Part shown: piece after piece, positions 42,661 through 54,074 of the stretch
How the letters are laid out: each line of letters starts with the position of its first letter
Numbering within the stretch: the stretch's first letter is position 1
Virus record (IMG/VR): IMGVR_UViG_3300005663_000033
Coordinates: 1-64,000 of that record
Strand: one strand, 5' to 3'
DNA: 64,000 nucleotides
From: a virus
Notes under the pieces: generated by a model
Databases searched by the model: none
What the model was told of the DNA's origin: nothing
What the model saw: the letters and a program-made list of their open reading frames with translations, nothing else
Position numbers and translations under genes: made by a program

Positions 42661-43143
42661 ATGAACGTAAGAGACTTTGAGTGTAGGTCATATGAGCAGG
42701 CGGTGGAGTTGCTCGGGGACAAGGACCGACTGACGGTAGGTAACAATACCATGTTGTCACGCGATTCCGTCGACTTTAGCGTAAATGTCGTATTGCACGG
42801 GCAAGACATCGTTTGGTTCCATAGAGACGGACGGGTCGTACTTGATTCTTGTGGGTATCGGACGGAACCCACAAAGGAACGGATCAATAGGTGCCTGCCT
42901 ACTCCTTGGCAATTATGCCAATCTAAAGGGGTGTGGGCCTTGTGGAGATGGGACTTGGAACAGGAGGTGCCGTTTGTGGATGGTATGACAGTACCGGGGA
43001 CGGGGCCGAGCGTGAATCCCCACAATGAAGCACAGGATACGGGAACGAATCTCTGCTCTGAATGTCGCGTGGAGGAACACGACCAGTGTCCTATGACTCC
43101 AGGATGCTCTTGCTGTGCCAATACAGCATTAGAGGGGGAGTGA
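42661..43143 (+). CDS. Conserved phage hypothetical (paralog of 62591..63331)
   Basis: NNT..V.LH...V....DG...L...G.RT..TK.R.N..LP is shared with 62591. Confidence 0.65.
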   Translation: MNVRDFECRSYEQAVELLGDKDRLTVGNNTMLSRDSVDFSVNVVLHGQDIVWFHRDGRVVLDSCGYRTEPTKERINRCLPTPWQLCQSKGVWALWRWDLEQEVPFVDGMTVPGTGPSVNPHNEAQDTGTNLCSECRVEEHDQCPMTPGCSCCANTALEGE

Positions 43144-44920
43144 GGTGCTGTGATGGCAAGGGTTTTCTGGGACTGGGTGTCTTATCAATCCGGGTTAAGA
43201 GGAGATACTTGGGAGGAGTTTTGGAGGTTAATAGCCAGAGTCCGACGAATGATGCCGAAAGACCACATTGATGATGCATAAACGCAACGTCCAATGCTGC
43301 CATAGTGGCAGGGAAGAGAGGGTTGAATTATGGACATAGAGAAAGAAAACGTTTTAGTAACGATTGTGGCAGCGATCCTACTGGGTGGTGACCTCGCAGG
43401 AGGAACTACGAACGTGATGAGTCTAGATAACAAGAAGTGGGCTATCAAGGACGCCGAAGAACTTGTAACGCTAGTCAGAAACAGACAGAGCTAGGCTACC
43501 GTAGTAGCAGGGAAGTGAGGGTTTAGGTTGTGAAGATTGTAATGACTGACAAACAGGCGATCAAACTGGCAATCTTGAGTCGTCGAACGGACGAAGGGAT
43601 TGACCTAGAAACCTGGACTAACGACGGCCTTGGCCTCGGTGATGATTGGATCACCGGCGAATATTGCGGAATGACGATGGGAATCGGACCAGAGGGTGAT
43701 TCACACACTTAGGCCCGACAAGAGAAATGAAGGGGCAGCGTGGCAAGAAGTCCCTGGCGCATCAATGCCCGATACCTCGATGTGGGTGGCATGATGTTAT
43801 TGTCGGGGATTTCTTACTTCGCTGTTTGTGTCTCCTGGGGAGAGGTCACTAAGATGGTTTGGAGACTGCTGTCTCAGTGACCCTCCCCTTTTTGAGAGGA
43901 AAATCATGTCAAACCTTTTTATCGGATTTTGTATCGGGTGGACCACTGTATCAGCGGGTGTCCTCTTTATACGTTGGATTTTAAGGAGATTGAAATGACT
44001 TTTCATGCAGGACGTGAATGTCAGTTGATTCCCATGTCTGAAGGTGGACAAGTGCGTTTTGATATCATGTCCGATGGAGAACATGTGGGTGGCATTAGAT
44101 TCTGCTTTGATTTAAAAGAGTGGGAAATACACTTGAACCAACATGTCAAAGTCACCTACTACTTCGTGTGCAAAATATGGGACTGTCTTCTTCCAAGTAA
44201 GTAGCGGGAGATAGAACAACATGAAAATCAAAGTTGAGTTTGACACGGGCAATGCTGCGTTCTGTGATTTTGATTATGAAGTACGTCGAGTATTTGAGCA
44301 GGCGGCGAAGAAGGTGCCCTCGATGCATATAAATGACACGTCACTTCCGTTGTTCGACAGCAATGGAAACAAGATAGGGCTAGTGTGGCTGGAGTAATAA
44401 CAATGCGCGAAGCAATGGGTGAATCTAGTCGTGAGTTGTTGGATAGGCTCCATAAGCGACTAGAGGCGGAAGAAAAAGAGCGGCACAAGAAGTTCAAAGA
44501 AGTAATGACAGGGCAACAGGACGAAGACCAGGATTTTGATTCTGATTACTGTTTAGATTGTTGTTCTTGTCCCTGTCATTTCGGAGGATATGACGGAGAA
44601 GGAACTTGCAAGCAACCATGTAATGAATGCGATTGTGAGGAGTAAGGCTGCACGCCGTCCCCCTGTCTGTATCTAGTTTACCCACTGTGTATCTAAGGAG
44701 ATAAAAGATGACAGGTTGGTGGTACAAGCGATTTCAGATTTCACTGAACTCGCCGGATGGAAACTCTGGTAGAACCCTAGTCTTCGTCTTGCGACCAAGA
44801 AAGAACCCGTACGGAGGGATTAAGCTGTGGTCGTGGCACAAAGGTGACTATCGGAAGTTAGAGCGATTTTTCAACAATCGTGGAGTCTATGCATCCTGGT
44901 AAAATGAGAAGGAGTTTAGA

Positions 44921-45191
44921 ATGGTAGAACGTAAACCAAAACCTGGGGATACAATAAAAATAATCCTCCCTGGAAACCACAATGGAGAAGTTCACACTGT
45001 AGTTGAGCACCCAAGAGGCGAAAACAATTCGAATTCAAATATGGTGTGGATTAAACGTCTACTCAATCCACCAACTTGGCTATACCCAGGAGATTGTGAA
45101 ATAGTAGAACTAGCAACTCGTCATAAATCTACAGTGAATAATAGTGTGGATGTGGATTAGTTTCTTAGGAAACAAACGGACGACAATCTTG
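44921..45191 (+). pseudogene. 'K.KPGD' family gene with a premature TAG at 45158-45160
   Basis: Continuation DVD*FLRKQTDDNLAHAFGG aligns with DVDKQLKNQMNKNLNDVFG of 45753..46031. Confidence 0.55.
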
Positions 45192-45752
45192 CTCACGCCT
45201 TTGGCGGATAGGAGGTAAAATGGAATCATACATCCGAGTAGAGCACGATAAAAGATTTTTTGGTGGCGTTTACAAGGGCGTTGGATATTTCTCTTTTGTC
45301 AAATTGATACATGTGAACAGTCTGGGTAGTGTTGAAGCGGCATTCAAAGCTACAACGGGTATCGAGCCCATCCATATAGTCCGCTACTCGGAAGACGATC
45401 TGTATAACGACAAAGGGGAGTTGATAAAAAGTTGACTATGCTGTGTTGATGATGAGTGTCGCAAACGTATGTGACGGGGTGGCAATAGCCACAATAGCCG
45501 ATTAGGGTGGGCTTTCGGCTGGGAAATGGGGATGTTATATTTGGAGGTAAATCATGTCAATATGGAGTGGGATAGTTTGTGAAACGGTAACGCGTACTTG
45601 TCGGTACTGGGTAGAAGCTGACAGCAAAAACGAGGCGGCATCCAAGTTAGAAAACGGCGAGACAACAGAAGAAGAAACATTGTCGTCTGGGGAAGTAATC
45701 GATCGTACTGTCGAAGGCGATCCGTTTCTTTCTTGCGACCGTGAGATGTAGA

Positions 45753-46031
45753 ATGAACAACAAAAAAGCAAAACCTGGTGACATGGTTATCCTAATATCT
45801 CCCAAGGGATTTGAAGGCCAAGAGTTTCTTGTCGTGACTTGCCCAGAAAAATACAAAAAAAACAGATTTACCGCCAACAAAGTCTGGATTGACATGGGTA
45901 GTCGCGTATGTCACCTAGGGGATACCGAATGGGAAATTGTAAAGCGAGGCACGGGGACTGTTTTGGAAGATGATGTAGATAAGCAATTAAAGAATCAGAT
46001 GAATAAAAACCTCAACGACGTCTTTGGTTAG
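45753..46031 (+). CDS. 'K.KPGD' SH3-like family protein
   Basis: KAKPGDMVIL..VVTCP..VW..WEIVKR. Confidence 0.65.
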   Translation: MNNKKAKPGDMVILISPKGFEGQEFLVVTCPEKYKKNRFTANKVWIDMGSRVCHLGDTEWEIVKRGTGTVLEDDVDKQLKNQMNKNLNDVFG

Positions 46032-46040
46032 GGGAGTAAA

Positions 46041-46457
46041 ATGGTACAAGTCCATGTTTCAAACAGGAATGAAATCGTTGATTTGATCGCAGACTTGGAT
46101 GGGACAATTGCTATCATATCTGTCACTGATCCAGATGAACCAACTGCCTTCCTGGGGTCTTATGAAAACCGTAATGATTTTGTCCTTCGACTTCAGTTTC
46201 ACGACCTGGATAAAATTTGGCCACAACTAAAAGAGGTAACATATTTCGACAACATCATGGCCGCTTCAATCATTCAGTTCGTCCACAAAAACAAACATGT
46301 CAATCACATAATTGTCCATTGCGAAGCTGGTGTATCAAGAAGTCCGGCTATTGCTGCGGTGATATGTGAGCATTTCGACATTCAACACACATTTTTTAAA
46401 AGATACCAGCCCAACAAAATGGTATTCTCAGTACTAAAAACGATGTTCGAACTTTAA
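46041..46457 (+). CDS. Protein tyrosine/dual-specificity phosphatase-like
   Basis: IISVTDP, LQFHD, VHCEAGVSRSPAIA (CX5R), PN. Confidence 0.85.
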   Translation: MVQVHVSNRNEIVDLIADLDGTIAIISVTDPDEPTAFLGSYENRNDFVLRLQFHDLDKIWPQLKEVTYFDNIMAASIIQFVHKNKHVNHIIVHCEAGVSRSPAIAAVICEHFDIQHTFFKRYQPNKMVFSVLKTMFEL

Positions 46458-47029
46458 TCACAGGGGAATAAACGTGCAAACAAAACCTTGCAAGTGTTGC
46501 GAAGACAAAAAATCTGGCGCGAGTGGTGGTGCAGTTGGGTATGGATTCAATCGTCTAGAGGGAGAAGCAAGGAAGTGGGCTACAGAAAACCAATTCGCCA
46601 GGTCTGAGCATTGTATTCCGGTAAAAGGTGGTACCCGTTTCTGCGGGCCTGATTGGCAAAAAATCAAATGCGGCGATGGTCGCATGGGGTTCTCAACACG
46701 GCGCAAAGGACAAAACGAAGTCCATATAGTGGTGGGGCTAGACGGAGAATTTAAGAAGAGGAGTGGGACGCTGGTCAGGCCGAGGTCTGCGAGGGCGTCT
46801 GCTAGTCGTTGGGCTCGTAGGGTTGACGGGAGTAAATGTGGTTTAGTATCATCTGAGGTGATTGTGGTGGCTCAACGTGATCCTATAGTGGTGGCTCAGG
46901 CAGAAAAAGCGTATAAGCAAATGGTACGGAAAGAAAAGTTCCGTGGAATCAACCACAATAAGGCACGAAGGGCTGCAAAACGAAATCGCAGGGCACAACT
47001 AAGAATGGTAGCATGAAGGGGCGTGTGCT

Positions 47030-47284
47030 ATGATGACCAAGGAAAAGTTTGACGAAACGATGGGGACAATTGCCAATTCTATCAAAGAACTACCAGAAGA
47101 AGTTCAGCCTGGATTGATGGAGATTTTACGAGAGACGGCTGGTCGTCACGAACAAATCCTTGAAAGTTGTAGGAGATCACGGGAGGGGGTGAAGGCTCTT
47201 GTTGAGGCTCAGGCTGAGTTGAGTTTGAGGATGAAGTATATTTTGTTTGATCTAGAATGTCTCCATAGAGAACTTGAAAGGTAA
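47030..47284 (+). CDS. Small coiled-coil protein, KY..FDLE family (copy 1)
   Basis: ET..RHEQI...LSLRMKYILFDLECLHRE; paralog at 59446. Confidence 0.65.
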   Translation: MMTKEKFDETMGTIANSIKELPEEVQPGLMEILRETAGRHEQILESCRRSREGVKALVEAQAELSLRMKYILFDLECLHRELER

Positions 47285-47896
47285 AAACAATGACGGAATC
47301 TAACAATAAAAAGCGAGGACACGGGCCGATCGTCCACAAGGTTTTTAACGACAGAGGTCTTCATCTTGAACGAGTCCATCTGGATTCTTTGGGTAGCAAT
47401 CTCAACCATGGTAGACCTGTCGTAATCGGCCAAGGTGAAAACGGAGAAGATATTTCCGTAAAGATTGGTCAAAAATGCCCAAGATGTAAAATGCGTGTGC
47501 GCGGTTTTAATCATGCAAATGGCGCACACCATAAGGGAACAGTCGTAAGGCATTCCCATTAGAATTTCACATCGCGTAATTTTTGATGTTGCAACTGCGT
47601 GGTTTCTTTTGGTAAACAGAGAAGGGAAAGTGTAATGGATATGAAACTAAATCGAGAGTTTCTGTATGTTCACAGCAACAACGAGGAAAACAAGATCAGC
47701 GATTCTATGCGGTCAACCCTCTCGAAAGCCTGTGGCTGTGCGGTTACTGAGTACGCAGGAACTGTCACGATTGCTTGCCAAAGTCTCTGCGGATTGGGAC
47801 AACTACTGGCGGTAATAGCCATCGTCGATAACGAGGGACCTGACCTTCGGTTCTGTGGGTCGTTGCAGAAGGCGATTGTAAAGTTCATCGGCTAAT

Positions 47897-48162
47897 AGGT
47901 TGTGTTGTGTTCCTAATGGGCGCGGTCGCAGTGGTAGGCTATGACAGGCTTCGAGCGACGGGAAGGGTTGGTACTAGTCAACTCTACGCCCAGATCGCCT
48001 TAGAACGAGACCGGAAACCTACACACAACACTTTTTGTAACCAAGAAGCTTGGTTACTGTCATGTTGGCTAAGAGTTAATGGGTGGTAGCCGTATCCAGG
48101 CCCTTCGGGGCTACTGAACTCGTGCGCACCCCATTTGGAAGTGTACTTAGTCAGCATGGCCA
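47897..48162 (+). ncRNA. Putative pair of structured RNAs
   Basis: Multibranch fold closed by GTTGTGT/ACACAAC (47899-48029); 15-bp stem with 3 G-U pairs (48059-48073/48146-48160) enclosing GGCCC-TTCG-GGGCT. Confidence 0.55.
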
Positions 48163-48289
48163 AATATCCCTTGGGTGGTGGTATGATCATAGAAATGAGA
48201 CAGAATGGCTAAAACGTCCATACCCCGATTTTAGTCAAGATTTCATTTCGTCCAAGGGATATCTGGCTGTGCTGATAAAGGGAGAAAAA

Positions 48290-48626
48290 AAATGAGCCTA
48301 GCTTCGTGGAAGAAAGAGTTTTATCGAACACCAGCCAATAGGGTGTCCAAGGGATGGGCGATGAGGCATTCTATCGACAAGTGGACGGGGTTGTTGTGTC
48401 GAAACAGAAGAAAACACAAGGTCAATCTAGACGAAGGAGTTTTGTATGATAACAATAACGACAGTCAACAATTAGGTATTGATCGTCATTCGTGTGCTCT
48501 GTGCCATCATCACCAAAAGAATGGTTGCACAACATGCCCCGTAAAAAGAACTGGTAAGACATGTCATACCACATATTGGGATATGGTCAACGACAAAAAA
48601 GTGGCTCCGATGATCCGTTTGTTGAA
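48290..48626 (+). repeat. 337-bp direct repeat, copy 1 (Cys/His-rich gene 48292..48654)
   Basis: Identical by eye to 61614..61950. Confidence 0.9.
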
Positions 48627-48657
48627 GAAAGCGCAGGCGATCAAGAGAGGATAAGTA

Positions 48658-49317
48658 ATGAGCACAAGAACGTTAGTCAGCATTGATTTGGACTGGCTCA
48701 ATAGTGCAAAACACCCGATACGCCAATTGAGAGAGTTGTTGCATCATATTCCGCGAGATACCCCGGCAATTATAACTATCGAACACCACGAGTTTCTCCC
48801 ACAATTGCACAAATGGGTAAAGTCGGGAAAAGTCAAAACACCATTCAATATCCTAAATATCGACGAACACCACGACTACTACCGGAACTGCCCTCCATTC
48901 CATCCAGAAGGAACAGATAATAATTGTGGCAACTGGGGGTATCGTATACCAACCAAGTGGTATGACAGATATACTTGGGTTAACACTGTTGATTCTGATC
49001 TTTGGCACGATTGGACTTACGCACAAGAGTGGTTGGATAACCATGGCATAAAACATTCTGTTAGGGGTAATCATCGTTTGTCTAGACTGAGTACAGAATT
49101 CGTTGCTGCTATCTTTTGTGTCTCGCCCGATTTTCTCGGTGAAGATATGCTAGACCTTGCACCCAAAGCGGTTGGTATCATTGCGTGCCATTTCAAAATA
49201 GCCAGAGCGCCAGAAATAATCAGTGATGATGTCGGTAACTATGATGGACTTCTTCGAAGAAGTGTTTCTGGGTGGAGAATGGCCGCTCGGCCCAAGAGTG
49301 CAAAACTCGCCTGCTAA
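48658..49317 (+). CDS. UPF0489-like (arginase/deacetylase-fold) metalloprotein
   Basis: SIDLDW, EHHE, NIDEHHD, NCGNW, CVSPDF. Confidence 0.65.
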   Translation: MSTRTLVSIDLDWLNSAKHPIRQLRELLHHIPRDTPAIITIEHHEFLPQLHKWVKSGKVKTPFNILNIDEHHDYYRNCPPFHPEGTDNNCGNWGYRIPTKWYDRYTWVNTVDSDLWHDWTYAQEWLDNHGIKHSVRGNHRLSRLSTEFVAAIFCVSPDFLGEDMLDLAPKAVGIIACHFKIARAPEIISDDVGNYDGLLRRSVSGWRMAARPKSAKLAC

Positions 49318-49973
49318 GGAGGATAAATTATGGGATTTTACATGATCTGTGTCGATGGTGGTGAGTGTATTATTGTGCGAGCTGATACTGCCGAGGAGGC
49401 AGGGCGCAAAGCGCGAATCAGATTCCCAAATGCAAAGTCTTTTAGACTGAAGGGGGATCGTGTTAACAATCTCGGTCCATTAGTTCCATCTACCATTGAG
49501 TAAAAGTTCTTTATTGCGGGGATAAAATGGAGCGTCAAAAAAAATTCTGTCCGGAATTGCACCGGAAGTTGAACTCATTGGTTAATCGTTGTGGTGGCGA
49601 CGAGAATTTTGTAGCTCTAATGGATGAGTGGCCTAGAACAATCAAAGAATTGATCTATGGCTCTGAAGAACTAATGATCCGGTTCAGACTTTTAGAACTT
49701 ATCCCAGACCAACCCTATGATTATGAATCATCTGTGGGGATGGACTAGTAAAACAAGGGACGACAAATGTCTGTGGGACCGGACACAATCTTAGAGGCAA
49801 CTCTCAAAGATATAAGAGAAGTAGCCGCATCCTTTTAATTGCATCTCTTTTTGTGTCATCGAATGGACACTAACCTGGAGCTTTAGGGTTAACGACCTAG
49901 GAACAGTTTAGCTCCTCATATCTCGTGGGTGAAGCGAGATTTTTCTTTTCAGAAAAATCAGTTAGCCACAAAA

Positions 49974-50046
49974 GCCCCTGTCGTCTAGTGGACTAGGATA
50001 GCTGTTTTTCAGGCAGCGGACCGGAGTTCGAATCTCCGCAGGGGTA
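49974..50046 (+). tRNA. tRNA-Glu(TTC)
   Basis: GCCCCTG/CAGGGGT acceptor, GCTGT-TTTTCAG-GCAGC anticodon arm, GTTCGAATC T loop; no encoded CCA. Confidence 0.9.
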
Positions 50047-51009
50047 TTAAGAGGTCGAGACGACCTCATGGGATGGTACCAGGAAAGTGGGGTAATCAAT
50101 GATTCCTTCATCAGAGATAGAGAATGTAAGAACAATTGGGTCAACACTCTTCTTCGAGTATCATTGCGAAGAATCACATTTATCATCTGATGCTGATCTT
50201 TGGTACCGATCTCATCAAGAAGTCGAAGTAATAGAATTTTCCCCTAATGACGGATTTGACGTACCAACTCTGGAAGAGAGATGTGAGATTGGATGTCCGA
50301 TTATGTATCAAGTAAAATTCAACGACGGATTTGTTGGAGGCGTATTTGAGGACGAACTGTTGGATAGCGAAGACGAATACTTCCGCCCCGACCCACTGAA
50401 ACCACCAAAAGAGGGTGTCAAATAAAAAAGGAACTTACACAATGACAACTAGGCTGACGGCGGAAGAGCGGATACATAACACAACCAGCTTCCGTGTTGA
50501 TGGCACGCACGTTGGTCGCTGCGTGATAGCGTGCGATGATGCATTAGTCGCCATCCGCGACGCCGAGCGGAATGTGTATGAGGAGTGCAAGCCCTGTTTA
50601 AGGCATGACGCCGAGTGTCTTGTTTACTTGCCGGAAGACGATATGGCTCGTCATTGCGACTGCGGCCTCGACGACATTCGCCGCCGCTGGGAGGCCGAGC
50701 AGGAGAAACCTGCGGAAGAGGAGACGCGATGAGTGAGGTAGAATGTCTTCGGTGCAAAAAGATGACCAACCCGGACCGTGATTGTGTTGCATATGGTCAC
50801 ACATGCAAAGGATGTGGCTTAGTGACGAAACAATGCCCAAAATGCAAGAATTGGGTACTTAGCAATGAATTCTACTGGCCACCATACGGCAGTCCCTATT
50901 GCGGCAAATACTGCCAGTCCTGCCGTGCTCCCATGGAGAAAGAGCGAAGCCGAGTAGGGACTAAAGCTAAGGATTGAATGCAACAGAACCATTCACTCAG
51001 GAATGAATA

Positions 51010-51082
51010 GGGTTGGTAGCTCAGTTGGTAGAGCAACGGCCTTTTAAGCCGTAGGCCGTGGGTTCGAGTCCCACCCGACCCA
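51010..51082 (+). tRNA. tRNA-Lys(TTT)
   Basis: GGGTTGG/CCGACCC acceptor, ACGGC-CTTTTAA-GCCGT, GTTCGAGTC; no encoded CCA. Confidence 0.92.
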
Positions 51083-51134
51083 ATAAATTCGTAATGATTC
51101 CCATTGATGCCTGCGCGAATAATGAAGGAGACTA

Positions 51135-51446
51135 GTGGTGGATTCATTACCCAAAAGAATAAGGGACCTAGTATTAGAATATGGTATGCATCCATATGAC
51201 ATAAATTGTGGATGGTGTGAAGATTTTGCAAATACCGTCGCGGATGAATTCGAAGGAGCCCGTGCGGAATGGGGGAATAAAGCTGAATCCCTATTCGAAC
51301 AAGGGCATAAACCCTATCTTCACTGCTATATTGTCTACGAAGGTGCGTATTACGACTCCGAAGAGCCCGAAGGCGTGGATAGCCCCGTGAAATTGCCATT
51401 ATACTATCGTCAAAAATGGCGGGCTACCAACTGCAATGTGATCTAG
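51135..51446 (+). CDS. Small protein with a possible Cys-His-Asp triad
   Basis: NCGWCEDFA...HCYIVYEGAYYDSE. Confidence 0.45.
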   Translation: MVDSLPKRIRDLVLEYGMHPYDINCGWCEDFANTVADEFEGARAEWGNKAESLFEQGHKPYLHCYIVYEGAYYDSEEPEGVDSPVKLPLYYRQKWRATNCNVI

Positions 51447-52193
51447 TAACCCAAACCAATTTTACCTGTATGGAGAAAAAACATGGAAAAGCATACGAAT
51501 GAACCAGAAGTAACAGTGGGCGAAACTGTTTTTGTCTTGACAAAAGATGAAGTTACTGAGGCCGTATTTGTCTTCGCAGTCGGCAGAGAACCAACGGGTG
51601 GTGAGATGAAGCGACTTAATTTCTACGTATGCGAACGTCGTGGACAAAGTGAACAACCTTGGAGACTCGAACTCTGTTTCAAAGATCACCCTCCTACTAT
51701 CGTTCCCAATAAGGGGGTGCAACCGTGAGAATAACAGAGGAAGAAGCTAGACATGCTGGCGAGTTAACACGTAAAATCGACCGCTGGACAGACGAAGACC
51801 TTGCTCTTATCATCAAAACGGATAAGCTGGTAATAGCTTATTTAGAAGGCAAAGGACAAGGGTGGCAATTGGCGTTATCGCCCTTGTGGAAAGAATTGAA
51901 CGTTTTTAAAAGTTTTGTCGTCGCCAGAAAACGAGATCGCGAGGAAAATGCGAGAAAATCATGATAGTCTATCAAATAATAGCTAAAGGCCATTCGGCAA
52001 ACTTCGGAGGTAGACTCCAGGCAATCGTATCGAAAGAACTCTACACATCTCCTCCCGGAGACGAAGAAAAGGAAAGATTCCTAAAGAAGTGCATCAAATG
52101 CGAGGGAGCAGCAGACCTAAAGAGTCTTGATCCGGATAACGTAATAACAATTATCGTAGTGCCTTACGAACTAATAGATAACGGAGGATTACT

Positions 52194-52760
52194 GTGAACG
52201 CAGCCGAGAGATCAAGACATCTGGCGCACAGGAGGCTCGAAGAGTATGTGTCCGGTGGACATCGTCCAGAACGGACACTTGTAATTATTGATATGCAGAC
52301 TGATTTTTACGATAAAGATGAGATAATTCCCAACATTTGTTCACTAATCCAGTACGCCAGACAGAAAATATGGGCGATTATCGTTGTTGAATATGAAGGG
52401 CGCGGTAACACAGACGACGCGATTATTCAAGCTCTCGATGAATATCCACACAAGGAAACTGTATATAAACAGGGAATGGATGGAGGCAAAAAGGTATTGG
52501 ATTGTATTAATAGTCACCCATCATGGCCGTTAGATCTTTTAGTTTGCGGTATTTATGGCCACGCATGTGTACCCGAAACCGTATCTGGGTTATTCAAATC
52601 GAGTGATTTAGTGGAAATTAGCGTGGTAACCGATGCGGTATTCAAATACTACTATCCACAGACTAAAATGGACGAACACGATCGACATCCAGAATGGATG
52701 ATAACCATGAAGAATGTTCTAATTGACGAGGAGAGTGAAGTTGCGTCCCACACAGAATAG
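52194..52760 (+). CDS. Isochorismatase/nicotinamidase-family cysteine hydrolase
   Basis: LVIIDMQ (Asp), VYKQ (Lys), CGIYGHACVPETV (Cys), VVTDA. Confidence 0.8.
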   Translation: MNAAERSRHLAHRRLEEYVSGGHRPERTLVIIDMQTDFYDKDEIIPNICSLIQYARQKIWAIIVVEYEGRGNTDDAIIQALDEYPHKETVYKQGMDGGKKVLDCINSHPSWPLDLLVCGIYGHACVPETVSGLFKSSDLVEISVVTDAVFKYYYPQTKMDEHDRHPEWMITMKNVLIDEESEVASHTE

Positions 52761-53777
52761 ATATTGGAGAAACTATAATGGCCTTAATAAACCTATTAGG
52801 TATTCGCCCAACAGCGTGGTCTGTTTTATATGGGCTTCAAGCCTACAATGACTGGAAAGGATATGAATTTTCCGCCTGGTATAACGGGCGCGAATGCAGC
52901 ATTTGTATGCACAAAACCCTGGGTAAAAATAAAACTCTGTGTATAGTGTTTGGTGAACCAAGACGTACGGATGGTGTTTTTGTGGATTCGTGGATATGTG
53001 TGTTGAATAATTTTATGAATCCACCAACACTAAAAGACTACACAGAACAAGCCTACGAAGACAGACATTGGTTTACAACAATAGACGGGGCCATAACCTA
53101 TATTCTTGGTCTTGCGAAACAAAATAGTGAGTAAATATCCAACCAAGGAGAATACTGATCCGAATAAAACGTGGAAAATCAAAAGGAGTTTGAACGATGA
53201 ACGACACGGACAGAAGCCAGTGGGTTGATAATGACGAAGGTCTTTATAATTTATGGAAGTCCTCCGGGATGAATAAGAGGGCGTGGATCAAAGCTAATAG
53301 GGCAATGATTGACGAAGTGACTAACAATGTGACAAGTTCTCGGAAACCGGCTCACTACCTAGAATATGGTGAATAAGGTATAAAGAAGGAGATTGATAAT
53401 GTACCAAGGCCAACCAAGTCCTGAGCATAAGTTGTTCGCAGCGTACCACCATCACGAGTATGGCTCAACGCAGTGGGTATTTTGGTCAAATGTGTTCCCG
53501 ACAGAATCACAAGTGGTCACGGCGCTCGGCATCATGTTTGAACCAGAACTTGATGAATTTATCGATATTGAAGAAATAGATCAAATTCACACGGTAGAGC
53601 TTTCGTAACTTTTAATGAAAAAGAAAGGGGCTAACGTGAATAGTGAAATCCAGTCTAAAGGAACAATCATTAGTGCAAAGATGCTGATTTCAGATGGGCA
53701 GATGAGGATATGAAAGAGTAAGCGGTGTGTAGCCGCTATAAGAAGGGCAATTAAGCCCCATTTTAAGGAGATCAAAG

Positions 53778-54008
53778 ATGATCAATGTTACGTTGGGAAC
53801 GAATAGTGGAGCTGGACTCCCATGCCGCATTCCTATCGTCGAGGGCACGACGCTTGAAAAGTTCCTCGAAGTGTCGTTTGATGGTGATGTTAATGATTTT
53901 ACCATCCGAGTCCGTTGTAATGGTACGAGCGTTGAAGCGCACAGCGACTACGTTCTCCAGGATGGAGATAGAATCTCATTAGCACCCATTAAAGTAGATG
54001 GGTCGTGA
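53778..54008 (+). CDS. Ubiquitin-like (beta-grasp, ThiS/MoaD-like) protein
   Basis: 76 aa; GTTL..FL, IRVRCNG, DYVLQDGDRISLAPIKVDGS; Gly at the penultimate position; AAGGAG RBS. Confidence 0.85.
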   Translation: MINVTLGTNSGAGLPCRIPIVEGTTLEKFLEVSFDGDVNDFTIRVRCNGTSVEAHSDYVLQDGDRISLAPIKVDGS

Positions 54009-54026
54009 TGCTGTAGCCGTACGATC

Positions 54027-54060
54027 TGGGGTGGGGGTGTGTCCCCCACCCCTTTTTATT
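54027..54060 (+). terminator. Intrinsic terminator/attenuator between Ubl and E2
   Basis: GGGGTGGGGG-TGTG-TCCCCCACCCC followed by TTTTTATT. Confidence 0.75.
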
Positions 54061-54074
54061 TCTGGGAATTCACT

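Larger units (their letters stand above)
37453..53712 (+). other. Array of small plus-strand early/accessory genes
   Basis: More than 40 short RBS-led ORFs in head-to-tail order. Confidence 0.7.

Noticed and set aside
45158-45160. Genome-wide TAG reassignment
   Set aside because: Long genes (terminase, gmd, portal) are uninterrupted in the standard code, many genes end in TAG before the next RBS, and no suppressor tRNA is seen; more likely a single nonsense change.
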